NCBI RefSeq assembly: GCF_000143415.4
Contig: NW_003314266.1
Location: 2,823,964 to 2,887,963, forward strand
Reading direction: 5' to 3'
Origin: Selaginella moellendorffii
Taxonomy: Eukaryota; Plantae; Lycopodiophyta
DNA: 64,000 nucleotides
The position numbers were made by a program, and so were the translations under genes. Positions 35,401-47,799 of this stretch are shown piece after piece. Numbering within the stretch: the first letter of the stretch is position 1; every line of letters begins with the position of its first letter. The notes below the pieces were generated by a model. The model did not search any database. It saw only the letters and a program-made list of their open reading frames with translations, and was not told the DNA's origin.

Positions 35401-38400
35401 ATAGCCTGTAGACAACTGTGAGAACTAATATAAGGACAAATAATTGTTTTACCAAAACCGAGTTTGAAGAAACGCTATCGTTGGGTATAATGAAAACCAC
35501 GTCTCTGGCATCAACATTTAGAGAAAGCCTCGTCCTGGTAATGCAGAAAAAGCTTAGAATGCACAAAAGAAAAGAAGCAGAAACACATACAATAATGCTG
35601 ACTGAATTTCCGTCGAGTCGTCTGTGTAGAACTGAACACACAAGTTAAGTCGCAAAGCAAATAAAAAGCACAAAACACAAAACGCACCTCCTCTGCTCCA
35701 CAAGAAGTCGGAAGTTTGAGGAAATTAAGTAAGCCGTCAGCAACGCTACGGCTGTAAATGACCTCGAATGGCCTCATGAAAACCTGCAATTTCATTCTTC
35801 CAATTAAAAAAAAAACACAAGGCATTTACAGCTTACCGAAACCTTGACACCAAGATCTTCAGAAAGCTCAACGTCGATACGAATCGCTGCGTCGCGTTGG
35901 CTAGTTCCATTGCCGTTGGCAATATACAGAGAAGATACAGCTTCCGCATAACTTCCACGTGTGCTCGCTGCATAGTTTGAATAACTGCCCTGTATAGGTA
36001 CTAAAGCATGCAACGCTTGGGACGATGTGCGCAAAACTGTGAAATACAGACCTTTGATATTGCCACATGAGGGTAAAGGGTGCCTTCGGTGCACACGTCT
36101 TTTACTTCAAAAGCCTTGCATGCAACAGCGCCAGTAGCTACATCCTGCAGTTTTCGGAAAGTAGTGAAGATTCCCGAAGTGACAACCTCCACAATGCCAA
36201 GTTTCGTGCAGCTAAAAAGAATAAGTATTAAACGTCATTCTACAAAGCAATGAGAAGCAAAGACTCACGAGTTTTCCAGCCGACCAACAGCTTGCCTCAG
36301 GTGTAGATTCATTGACAGTAGACAATAGCCTTTGGACGAGTCGTTCTCTAAAAGTAGCGCCGGATGAAAATTGGTGGCCTTGTAAATGTCCTGTTACATC
36401 GCAACGTTAAGCAAGACATCATGAAAATCCAGTCTCACACCTTCATAATCTCATCGGATAAAGGACCTGTAAATTCCGCCGCAGAATCCATAGTCGCGGA
36501 CTTCCCCAGCATACCAAAGGAGAAAACATTTAGCCAGCCACGGGGGTGACTAACCGATTCAGAAACCCGATTATGTCCCTCATTGTCTTCGTCCGGCATT
36601 TCCTGGCAGTATCTTTTCGTTAGAGCCACCTTAAACTGATTTGAGATCCCTTACTTCAAGTTCGTATTTTCTCTCTGCAAGATCTCTGAAAGAGGAGATC
36701 ATCTCTAAGTCAAGCTCCTTCTCCAGCTCTTCCAGATCATAAATTATATCGTCTTCTGGGGCCTGGCCTTCTTGAAAGCACAGAAGCTTTTCTTTATATA
36801 AGGTGACGTAGCGCCGGCGACAATCTCTGCAATCACAGACAACATGAGCATTACCGAGATTGCAAAAGATAAGTTGCTTACAGACGCCATGCCAAGTATC
36901 TCCAAGAGCTTCGCCGCAGCCGTTTCCGCACGTCAGCGAGCACAGCATTGATAGCATATTTCCACCAAAGGTGTTGCCAGTGGCAGGAGCTTCGCTCTTC
37001 GGTCGACAAGCCTACATGAGGACGGAAACGACCGTATCTGCTAAACGGGATTAGCAATAAAAACAACGCAGCTGTTTTGTTCACCTTTCTCGTATACGAG
37101 AGATTTCGAACGAGTCTATCAGTAAAAACATCTCGTATAATTGCCTATCACTCAGATTAAGATCCTGCCATCAAACATTATATTGTCTGGACCAGGAAAA
37201 GCTTGCATCATACCAGTTTATCCATGCTCATGGCCAACGCATAGAGTGGAGCGCCACCATCTGAAGTAGCAGACCGGTTTACCTTGAAGAAACAACAAAA
37301 GCTTAGTCAGGAAAAACTGGCACAAGCTCACCGTAAGCTTTATTGACGCATCCATGGGATATAAAATGTAGCTCAGATTCTCGTCCTTTTTAGCGAACCA
37401 TCTATTCAGGTAATTGCCAAGCGTACTCGTTAAGTTCCTGGAAACAGTGGGAGCGGACGAGGAGTTCCAGTAGACGGACAACTTATTGATCTCCACGGAC
37501 TTATGAACAAAACCACTTTTTGTTTTCGCGGCCGAATTTCTACCATGGCCCAAAAGATAGTCATGAGAAAAAACAACTATTTGGAGATTAGCTTACCCGG
37601 CACCGCGGGCATCCGTGGTACCAACACTGAGTCCAGCAAGTTTGACACCAAAGTAAAAGCTACCCTGCAGTACAGAAAATCAACACTTGGAAATGTGCAC
37701 GGACGGTACCTCTGGATCATCTTTCTTGTCCACGTATCTGATATGAATGTTTCGTATTGTAACTTGAATGTTGTCAATAACCTGTGAACGAAAGTAGAGT
37801 AACAAGCACAAAAGAAAATAGAAATAACCGCACCTTTGCAAGGAGATGAGATAGCAAGGACTGGCGAACTTTCTCATCTGAAAGACAAAGCACACCAAGA
37901 AGAAACATTGGCATGTTTTCTTTTCAGCGCATCGCTTAGAAAAAAAGTACCTGGTACTTGTTTGGAGAGCTTTGTAATCTCTGCCGCTGCCAGTTTCGCC
38001 TTTTTGGCAGCCAATTCTCTGCTCTCCGCGGCAGTGGCATTCCACTGGAAGCAAAACCACCCTTTAGACTTCCAAAAACGAAGTAGTTTCTACCACACAA
38101 ACCTCTGATTCATCACGAGGACAAGCACATATATGTACATCTTCCAAAGCAATAAGAATAGGCTCCCAAAGGAGTGTTTTCCAAGAAACTTGGAGCCTTA
38201 ATTTCCCAACAAAGCCTGGACAAAATTTCCAGAGTGATCCTCCACGACTAAGAATCAAACGCTACCTTGCTTGATCGCGAAGGGGAGCTGCAAGTAATCG
38301 AAAGCCTCGAGGCGCAGCTCGGCATTCTCCAGCAGCGCCACGCCTAAAACAACCAAAGCTTTAGATCGGGAAGAAGAATCGCTCTCACCGCTCCACAGGC

Positions 38401-38485
38401 CGATGCGGAACTGCTCGCGATGGATATCTTTGATGTAATTGCCCAGATATCCTGCCACCAGAGAGAAGACCCATCCCTCAAACAT
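26473..38485 (-). CDS. VPS13: VPS13-family lipid transfer protein (VPS13X-like), many short introns
   Basis: Chorein-N start MFEGWVFSLVAGYLGNYIKD...LQLPFAIKQG, IQVTIRNIHIRY; SHR-binding/VAB-type APYW and PYRIDN repeats; C-terminal LGSADVFGNP, GLTGLLQSSVRGAERHG, ARPAASMLE..GKTAQSIRN. Exact exon boundaries not all resolved. Confidence 0.9.
26617..26647. repeat. (CTG/CTA)n microsatellite encoding poly-Ser in the last VPS13 exon
   Basis: ttgctgctgctgctactgctgctactgct; minus-strand reading GGSSSSSSSSSN. Confidence 0.8.
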
Positions 38486-38657
38486 CGCCCTGCGCTAGGA
38501 GAGCGCAGCAATACCATAAGCCCTAATCATCAAAATATTTCTTAGGGCAAAGTTTCTATGAACAATGGACAATTTCTTTTCTTTGGCAAATATCATTTCC
38601 ATTCGCTAAACAAAATTAGCAATTCACGGCCTTTAGGAGAAGACACTATCTATGATT

Positions 38658-39778
38658 TCATGATTGGATTGGAGTGAGAAAAGCTTGTAAGTGCTTGTTG
38701 AATTCCTTGGGCCTTTCCACTTGTGGAACGTGTCCTGTCTTTTCAATCACAACCAGCGTCGCATTCTCGCCCAGGTGTCTGAAAAGAAGAGCAAGTGAGA
38801 TCCAAGAACTGTAAGGAAATAGATGCTCGATTAGCAATCAATCAATCACTCACGCTTTCAGCTGCTTGGCGAGCTCCAGATCGAAGATCCGGTCGTGCGA
38901 TCCCACGAGAATCAAGACCTCCTGTTCCAAGAAACTTCTGTCAGTGTTAGAGAAATCCTTTCCAAGAGAGTGCCCTTGCCTGTGAAAGCTTTGGCAGCGG
39001 CTGCGCGGCTTCGGTGCCGATAACCAGGCCGTCGAGGAGCTCAATCCTCTCCTTCCTGTTGCCGCCATACACCTGGATCCAAGCACAGTCAACGCGCGGT
39101 CAGCAAGAGTCAATAAGGATTCAACGCGAGAGCCTTTACCTCCATGAGATCCTGGACCAAGCAATCTGGGAGCCACAGGCGCTTGTAGAGGCAAAGCTGG
39201 ATGCTTTTCTTCTGGACCGCGACGGAGGTGGGCATGAGGACCTCGTGGATGTGCCTGGCCTGGAACGCGTCCAGGGTCGCATCGTTGCTGTGGGGATCCA
39301 TGCAAACGCCCGAGCTCGCGATCACTACCTTCTTGACGCGCGCCGGATCCAGCTCCGCCATCCGGAACGCCACAAATCCGCCGTAGCTCGTCCCCGCCAC
39401 CGCCGCCCCGTCGACGCCCTCCGCCTCGAGGATTTCGAGCATACAGCGCGCCTGGAAGAACTCGGACCGCGCGCGCTCGTCGCTGGTGGTCGATCCGCCA
39501 AAGAAGACGAGATCGGGCACGTAGAGCGCGAAATTTCGGGACAGCTCGGACAGCTGATGCTCCCACCCGGCGATCCCGTTGGCCGCGAAGCCGTGGACGA
39601 GCATGAGCGGCGGCTTGGAGGGATCGTAGCCCGGGCTCGCGCGATCGGGCACCCAGCAGCGCATCACCGTGGCGGAATCGCGCAGGGTGAACGTCTTTTC
39701 GATCAATCCCAGGCGCCGGCACCGCTTTTCCAGCCGTCGTAGCATCGATCGAACAAGCGAGAAGCCGAAGCACGCCAT
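38658..39778 (-). CDS. Alpha/beta hydrolase (ABHD6/monoacylglycerol lipase-like), 4 exons
   Basis: LVHGF oxyanion motif, VPDLVFFGGS, GTSYGG nucleophile elbow, later exons VLILVGSHDRIF and EKTGHVPQVERP (catalytic Asp/His); stop at 38658. Confidence 0.9.
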
Positions 39779-39902
39779 TGCCCTATAATTCCTTTGTCCG
39801 AGAACCCTTTAAATACATTGTGAAGCACAGAATATGCTTATTTCGGGCGAAGAATATGCTTGTAGGGTTAGGTCAAGTTCGCTCAATTTGGATCTACTTT
39901 TT

Positions 39903-42900
39903 CTAGCTGTTCAAGAAAGTCATTTGCTCCAAGAGTCGAAACTTGGTGTCCGCCATTCCAAGCCATCTCCTCTTAACTCGAACCTGCAAGAAATCCATCC
40001 AGGATCTAATCACTGCTGCTAAGATTGAGACAAAACGAAACGAAAACAACGATCGTACTGGAACTGGGAGAAGCTGGCCGACTGCAAACGATGCCTTGAT
40101 TGGGTCTGATATGGATCCGAGTAAACCAGGGACAGTATCAGCCTGGGATAAACAAAAGCACGATCAAAACGAAGCGTAGCGATTGAAGCAAACCTCGGGT
40201 AGCAACTGGCGGCAGCGATCCACGACTTGCTTTGCCAGGTCCAGGAGCTCCTCCGTGTGCTCGCATTCAATATCGTCGAAGAACTCCACCTGTGAAAACT
40301 AAAGTTTATAAGGAGCGAAAACTATAAGCGTACCTGTCCGATGTTGAGACCAAAAGAGCCTGGTTGCACCCACATCCTGTGCACAAAGTCCACTCAGTGT
40401 TTCAAAAGGGTGTGATCGTAAACGCTTACTTGTCGAAAGGAAGACGAAACCTCTGGACTCCGTGAGCAACGACATAAGATCGGCAATCCTTCTCGAAAAG
40501 ATACACCTTGAGGTTCTGGCACACGTAACAAAGTGGCATCTGTTAAGATGAAATCCGGAGATTTGACGAAGATGAAATACTCACAGCCATGGTTCCCACT
40601 AGCTCTTGCGCAGTTTGCCAGTGCCAGTAGCTGGTAAGTCCGAATGGTTTTCCTTCTTCAACGCAGTGTCGAACCTGGAGGAAGACTAAAATTTCTTAGC
40701 ACCTGTGTGTCGGAATAGAGAAAAAAGAAAAGAAAGAGACCAGATGCCTGTATCGAGGTTCGTGCATGTGTAACGGCATCGACCATCCTGGAAACAATAC
40801 CGTGTCCAGCAGTGCGAGAGGCATCTTCACCGAGCTATCGGAGCAATGAGATTCATATGGAGCCGGAGCCGGAGTCGCAGTCGCAGGAACTTCGTACGAG
40901 CTCTTAACCTCCACTGACGTTGTGGTGCAAGAATTGCTACCGTTGGTAACCTTCAGAGCGTTATCCTGTTCTGAGCTCCCCGACGCTCTAGCACCACCAG
41001 CCTGAGTCTGGACTTTACTGTGCCTAAGCAAGTAAGTATGTAACCGCTTAAGAAGCGAGCCGGGATCCACAGGAGCTGATCGCGGGCTGGTGTGCCGCTC
41101 CGCAGCTGCGTTCTTTGGGAAAAAGAGAGAGTTGCTAATAGCGTTACTGTAAGCAAGGAAAAGAAACGGTTAGTACCATGTAGCTGGCAGTAAAATTCAT
41201 ACAAACCATACTCAAAAAAGTTATGACCGGAAATTCGTGCCATTCCTAATGTCATACGAAGAAATTCCGTAAAAGCATCCATCGGTAGCTTTCTCTGATC
41301 ATCTGCATCAAGAAATCAGTAAACAAAAATTATACACGTATAGGAGCGTACCATCAGACGAAAGTGACAAGCCAACAACACCAGCAGTGAGATGCCCCGT
41401 TCCAGCAAACAGTGGTCTTAAGCTGTTTATGATCTTTGGCCTTGGGACCTTTGGGCTAGTATACAGAGGAGCCAAAAATGCGCCTGCTCTGCAACCTGGA
41501 CAATAACATTAGCCATCGTTGTTCGCTGCACGGAAACACTCTCACCTGCAACTTTCGGGAAACATCACGGACAAACGCTGTACAAACTCTGGGTAAGGAT
41601 ATCCTGAATACGTACATGGAAAAAGTTAGCCAGGGAAAAGCAAACATTACAGTTACCTGGAGCGCCTAGTAAAATCATGTGAGGATTGTTTCGAACGATC
41701 GCAGCTTCCATATCTGGCAGATTGGGAAGACCCGTTGTAGTTGTATGGAAAGCTGTGGCTTTTGCCCCGGGCAGATATGCCACACACAAAATCATCCGAT
41801 AACCATCGTCTATGGCGGCCACGGACTCGTCACTCATTGGTGAGGCCTGGCTTGTGGTACCGCTGGAAGCTCCTCGAGACACTCCACCTGGACCATCCTC
41901 GGCGACAGCTTCCGAAACTACAATCCTCTCAACGTCTGGCACGGCACTTGTGTTCCCTGGACCGGATGATTTCGTGTTGAGAGACGCCCCACCGCTTCTC
42001 TCTTCTTCCTTCTCCAATGCTAGTTCTCCATTCTTACTTTCTAAATCCTTCTCCATCTTCTTACACTGAAGCGCCTGCTCTTCGGACTTTCCGACTTCTT
42101 CAGGAACTTTCGCATTGCCAGCTACAACATCCGTCACGCTAGAAGCCTTGAGTTCCTTGTCCAAAGCAACTAGATCTTCGTTGTCCGGAACCACGCCGGG
42201 ATTCTCTCGCGTCCACCGGGCACAGTCGCCAACAAGAGCTTTGAAATCTTCCACTGTATCCTCGTCCGGAAACGCGCTAGCAGCTCTCAATGTGAGACCA
42301 CCCTCATGATCTTGCTTGACAGCCAGAGCTCTCACATCGCCATCCCCAGCAACGTCCACACCAGCAGCCTTGTACCCGGAAGAACTGGAAACCGAAGGAG
42401 CACCGAGCTTCTTCTCGGCACCACCGCCTCCTGGGCTTGTAGCAGCCGGAGCAGCGACGTTCCATAGATCCGCCACGCAACCAATGAATGGAGCAGCGAT
42501 CTTTGCTGGAGCACTACCACCTTGTGCTGTTAAAACCTCCGAAAATGATCGTCCCAGTTCTTCCAGAGCTGCCGCGGATGATGGATTGTGCTTGGAAACA
42601 AATGCCACGGCGAGAGTGGGGGCATTTGTCCCGACGAGCGAGCAAGCTTGCGACCAGGCCGGCAATGCAGACTGGCCCTTGTCGCTATTGACAACCACGG
42701 TCGCGAAGTTGAAGATCCTTCCATCGGCATCAACCTGGCTGCGGTAGAAATTTCCAGCGACTGGAGCATCGCATTCCCCTGTGGCGATCGATGAGCTCCA
42801 CCGCAGGCTTACCCTAGCTTGAAAATCTGGAAATACTTTCCTGCCTCTGCCGCCACTGTGCCGGTTCGATCGAGCTCTCAGCAAAGACGCAGCTGAGAAT

Positions 42901-42956
42901 CCCCCGCGATGCAACATTTCCCTCGCGCAATCTGGCGCTGGAAGGCGATATTTCAT
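39903..42956 (-). CDS. Multi-exon protein: FIST-like N-terminal region + LON N-terminal (substrate-binding) domain
   Basis: MPLALLDTVLFPGWSMPLHMHEPRYRHL-VRHC....KPFG and GVQRFRL match LON N-domain; LAVAFVS, PFIGCV, CVAYLPG, FPES and LF...GVVGLSLS resemble FIST-N; R/S-rich N-terminus. Confidence 0.7.
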
Positions 42957-43240
42957 CGATCGAGGAAAGGAGGAAGCGCTTACCGCCCTAGCGACAAGGC
43001 GCTCGTCGAGCGCCTTGAGCGCCTTCTGCCCTAACCATTACCCCCCTTCCTCGCTTCACACAAGATTTTAATTTCCTTGGATCCAATCCTAGGTTGCGCG
43101 GGAAGAATGAAAGGAGAGATCCTTGTGACAATCCAAAGATCTTGCTCTCTAGATTCCAGTCGACAATGCAAGAGTTCTAGAACTAGAATCTCTTCCAGAA
43201 TTTCTTCCTTTCTAGATGAGGAGGTTCCAATTGCTAGGGA

Positions 43241-44824
43241 ATGAGAATCGATGCCCTCGCGAGCAGTCTACGATCGTGCTGCGCGGCCAGGAATTTGCTC
43301 CAGGGAAGAAAGATCCACGCGCTCATCCTCGAGCGCGGCCTCGAGGATCTCCACCTCCACAACCTCCTCGTCCAGATGTATGGCAAATGCGGCAGCGTCC
43401 ACGACGCCCACGCCTCCTTCTCCCAGATCAAGAACCCTAATCTTTTCTCGTGGAGCACGCTACTCGTGGCATTTGCCCAGAATGGGTATCTGGAGGAGGC
43501 CAAAGGGGCATTCGATCGAATGCCACAGCGCGACGTTGTGGCGTGGAATTCGATCCTGGGCGCCTACGCCCAGAACGGGCAATCGCTTGAAGCTGAGAGA
43601 TTCTACGAGAGAATGCCTGGGCGAGACGTGATCTCCGCGAATTCGATCGTCTCGGCGTTTGCCAGGAGCGGCGATCCGGCCGGCGCGTGGAGGGCCTTCG
43701 AGGGCGCCGCGCGGCGCGACGTCGCGCTGTGGACGTCCATGGCGCAGGCGCGCGCCGCGAGAGGGCAGCTCGATCTGGCACTGGAGACGCTCCATCGCAT
43801 GGCGCGGTGGAACGTCTTCTCCAGCACGGTGATGATCGCAGCGCTGGGAAGGAGCGGCGATTTGGAAGCCGCGAGGGAAGCGTTTGATGCCATGGGCGAG
43901 CGCAATGCAGTGGCATGGAACGCGCTGCTCACCGCCTACGCGGATGCGGCGCGGATGGACGCGGTGGGGGAGGTCTTTGCCCGGATGCCGCAGCGGGATA
44001 CCGTGCTGCATACCGCGCTGCTCGTGGCGTATGCCCAGGCCGGGCATCTCCACGACGCACGGGAGCTCTTCCACGGCATGCCGCAGCGTGACGTCGTGTG
44101 CTGGAACGCCATGCTGGCATCGTCTGCGCGGTACCGCCATCTACCGGCGGCACGGGAGTTCTTCCGCCGGATGCCGCAGTGGAGCGTCACGAGCTGGAAT
44201 TCGTTCTTTACCGCCAGTGCCCAGAGCGGGCATTTGGATCACGCGAAAGAGCTCTTCGACGCCATGCCCGGGAAGAATCTAGTGTCTTGGAACGCCCTAC
44301 TGGCAGCGTTTGCGCGGAATGGACACGCCCATGACGCGCGATTGATCTTCGATTCCATGGAGGAGAGAAATCGCGTGAGCTGGAACGCGGTGATCGCCGC
44401 GCATGCCCACAGCGGGCATGGCGAGGAGGTTCTAGGGCTCTTCCGGGCGATGGTGCTCGAGGGCGTGGATCCGGACGAGGCATCGTTCGCGAGCTTGATG
44501 CTGGGATTCAATCACCTGGGGATGGTGGGCGTTAGCCGCGAGCATCTGGTGGCCATGCGCGAGGATTTTGGAGTGGCGCCAGGGAGGGATCACTACTGCT
44601 GCGTCGCGGATGGATTGGGGAAGAGTGGGCGATTGGGTGAGGCGGAGGAGCTGATCAGGACGATGCCGTTTAGCGCGGATGGATTGGCGTGGGGGAGCCT
44701 TGTGGCTGCCGGATTGATCTGCTTGGAGACGGAGTATGCCACTCGCGCCGCTCAGCAAGCAGTGGATCTAGATCCCAGGGATAGTGGCAACTTTGTGCTT
44801 TTGTCAAACGCTCATGCTAGCTAG
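43241..44824 (+). CDS. PLS-class PPR protein, 10 consecutive SS motifs + E domains, no DYW
   Basis: Intronless GC-rich ORF; HYCCVADGLGKSG, AWGSLV, ends FVLLSNAHAS*. Confidence 0.92.
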   Translation: MRIDALASSLRSCCAARNLLQGRKIHALILERGLEDLHLHNLLVQMYGKCGSVHDAHASFSQIKNPNLFSWSTLLVAFAQNGYLEEAKGAFDRMPQRDVVAWNSILGAYAQNGQSLEAERFYERMPGRDVISANSIVSAFARSGDPAGAWRAFEGAARRDVALWTSMAQARAARGQLDLALETLHRMARWNVFSSTVMIAALGRSGDLEAAREAFDAMGERNAVAWNALLTAYADAARMDAVGEVFARMPQRDTVLHTALLVAYAQAGHLHDARELFHGMPQRDVVCWNAMLASSARYRHLPAAREFFRRMPQWSVTSWNSFFTASAQSGHLDHAKELFDAMPGKNLVSWNALLAAFARNGHAHDARLIFDSMEERNRVSWNAVIAAHAHSGHGEEVLGLFRAMVLEGVDPDEASFASLMLGFNHLGMVGVSREHLVAMREDFGVAPGRDHYCCVADGLGKSGRLGEAEELIRTMPFSADGLAWGSLVAAGLICLETEYATRAAQQAVDLDPRDSGNFVLLSNAHAS

Positions 44825-45095
44825 TGCTCTGTGTATTCTCATTGGCCAACTAGTGTTTGGTTAACTGATACTGTGGATTTTTTTCGTTCCTCTTTGGTTC
44901 CACCAGAGTTTTCTCTTCTATTTCCACAAAAGATTGGATCCATTGATCATTGGAGGAGTGTGCTTTGGTGTGAAGTTGGCTAGCCAACAATGAAAAAGAT
45001 TTTGCTTTGAAAAGTCAATTTTCCCACACTATATAAACGCATGTTAGAACTAGCCTATTCACTTCAAAGTTTTTTTTTCTTCCAGTCAGAGTACA

Positions 45096-45613
45096 ATGGC
45101 TTCCAAACTTGTTTTGGTCTCAATTCTTACTGTTGCTCTCTTTGCTTTTGCATCTGCCACTATAACGAAGGTTGTACAGTTATATGTTAGGAGCATGATC
45201 TTGATATAATGGTTTCTTCTTTTCTTTTCCAGTGCAATACCTTCACCATCCAAGGATCAGCCCAGTTTGTTTTCGGGCAAAACGAGTTTCAAGTTGTTCC
45301 GAGTGATGGTGTCGGGGATCGAGATGGATCCGTCCAAACGTTTGCAGCTCCTTTGACTGGAAACTCGGGATGCATCTACCAAGGAATAATCGCCGACACC
45401 GGCAGTCTGGATTTCCAGGTCTCCCAGATCAAGTGTGGCAATGATCGGGTGGAGTTCATGGGTGACGCTGGAAGTTCCACCCAAGGCTCTTCAACCACGT
45501 ATGCGATTGTTGGTGGTACTGGCAAATATGTTGGAGCCACTGGAACTGTGACAGAAGTTTCACTGGGTGGTATGAACTATCAAGTCACTGCTAATATCAA
45601 AGTTTGCAACTAG
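45096..45613 (+). CDS. Secreted dirigent / allene-oxide-cyclase-barrel-like protein (exons 45096-45170, 45233-45613; 151 aa)
   Basis: Signal peptide MASKLVLVSILTVALFAFASA in an exon missed by the ORF track; phase-0 62-nt GT-AG intron; motif YAIVGGTGKYVGATG; TATATAAA near 45030. Confidence 0.75.
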
Positions 45614-46651
45614 AGAGATTTGAAGAATGTAATAAAGCTCCACTTTTAGTGGGTAAATCAAAATCATGTTTCACGTATTATAATCATGGGATGATAATTA
45701 GATAGTGATAATTTTTTTGGTATTTTATTGTTCATGAAGGACACAATAACTGGTCAGACACAAACCCTCCTGGGTGCTTGATACCTATCGGTCCCACTCT
45801 GAGTGGCAGAAATTGGGACATATTTTGATGTAGATTGTGAGATGAATGCAATCTCGCATGAATCAGACTGAGCAGCGCTAGAGATTTAAGAATGATGCAA
45901 GAAGCAGCAGCTTCCTAGTGGAAGACAAGAAGATTTTCAAGAAAATGAAAAAGCACAATATGGTTTGGACCAGACTGATTATTATTATATATAAATGCTT
46001 TAACTGGTACACATTCTTCTTATATTATTGATTTGATTAAAAACTTTAATTCATATTATGAATTCATAATCCAAAATAAACCATCTTGCATTTTCTTATT
46101 TAAATCAAATAATGATTGTGTGGAAATTTATTTTTAATAATTTGATTGTATACACAATTACCATGCAAAGTAGTAAGTTTTTTTAAAAAAATTCTGCACT
46201 ATATAGCAATGCTTTGGTTCTTTTTACATAAATGAATATGTAAAGAAATTATTTTGTGCAAATAGATTTTAACAACCCCTCGAAAAGCAATTGGAAACCA
46301 AAAGTTAGAAAACCAAAAAATTTGAGCACGTAAAGAGAGTTTTTTACTGCTTCTCAAAGCTTTACTATTCATCTTGGATATTTACTTCCACAGATTTATG
46401 AGTAAACAAAACATTACATAAGCACAATGTCTGCTGCAAAAGTTTAACGGTAATGACACTTTTATTTCCAGCCTAGATTAAAGAATATCCCAGAATAGTC
46501 TTAAATAGGATATTTGTCCATGTGGCATTTGACAACACCCAAATGACTGTCAATGATTCAAACATCCTACAGTTTTTCTCGTACTATCACTCGCTTGGAT
46601 CCAAGGCAACCTCAGAAGAATAGGAGCTCATTTTCTTCCATGGTGCCATGG

Positions 46652-47030
46652 TGTAACAATTGGAAGGAAGTAATTGTGAATAGTAATTTTTCTTTTTAGA
46701 CTTTTTCTATGAAGTGCACCTTTACATAGTTCTTTTAGGAAGAAAGTATGGTTAATATCCTCCAACTTGAGCTTTTAAGGAAAACCTTCACGTGTGGCTG
46801 CACAAATATGCATGTGTTGTGAGAGACAAATCCCTAAGCCCCAAAGTGGAGTTAAAAAGGTGCTACATGGTAGTGGTCGAAGTAGAAGTCCAACAAGTGT
46901 AACATATTTGGATCAAAGGCTCTGATTTGGAAAGTAAAAAATGGGAGTTAAACTCCGAATGAAATGCTTAAGGGATGAGCACGAAACAATCGATGAATGA
47001 GTCTTTAAAAAAGGACATAAGAAAGACTGA
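46652..47030 (+). repeat. Truncated duplicate of the 5' part of the LTR-like unit at 48430
   Basis: Colinear with 48430-48810 (gaaggaagtaattgtgaata...aactccgaatgaa); both begin TGTAA. Confidence 0.85.
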
Positions 47031-47243
47031 CACAAGGGTAGGGGGGAGGGAGGGGGACGGGGATGGGGAGGGGTAAAGGGAGGCTGTATTTCATTCTTGC
47101 TTAGAGATCTAGATGATGCTTTTCTCATAGATTTTATAGGGCAAACTGCAGTTAGGAGGGGTGATACTTCACCTCCAAATGTGCAAGAGGATGCTTCACT
47201 ACCACACAAGAGGATATAGCTAGGTGCTTTTAGTAGTGAGAAG

Positions 47244-47799
47244 TGTAAGCAACCAAAAGGAACGACTCAAAAGACAATCCATAAGGTTCAAATATAGAAG
47301 GAAAAGGCCCATAAATAAAAGTGCACTCTCTTTTCCAATTGGTTAAGGGTCTTGGGATATTTGGGGTTAAATGTCCTTGGGTTTGAATAGTACTGGGTTG
47401 GATGACCTCTCGAAAGTCCAAATTTAAGAATTTACATTTGGTATCAGAGGGGTTTCGGGTCCGACTCTGTTGGTTGGCTAAGGGAATCACACCACATGTT
47501 GATTGACATCTGGCTGGTCCAGTTTGCTGGGCTCGACCCGAGGGGTAGCTGTGGCTCTCAGCTTCCGTTCACGAGGGCGTGAACTTGCAGGGAAGCATGG
47601 TAGATTGTAAGCAACCAAAGAGAACGACTCGAAAGACGATCCATAGGATTCAAATATAGAGGGAAAGGGCCCATGAATAAGAGTGCACCCTGTTTTCCAA
47701 TTGGTTAAAGGTCTTGGGATATTTGGGGTTAAACCTCCTTAGGTTTGAATAGTACTGGGCTAGGTGACCTCCCGGGAAGTCCAAACTCAAGAGCTTACA
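47244..47799 (+). mobile_element. TRIM retrotransposon with 5S rRNA-derived LTRs (Cassandra-like)
   Basis: LTRs 47244-47436 and 47606-47799 (TGTAAG...TTACA); TSD AGAAG at 47239-47243 and 47800-47804; PBS TGGTATCAGAG 47439-47449; 169-bp non-coding interior; 5S-like segments 47365-47419 and 47727-47782. Confidence 0.92.

Noticed and set aside
47727-47782. A genuine 5S rRNA gene
   Set aside because: Only the internal promoter segment is present, duplicated within LTRs; no 5S 5' end or oligo-T terminator.
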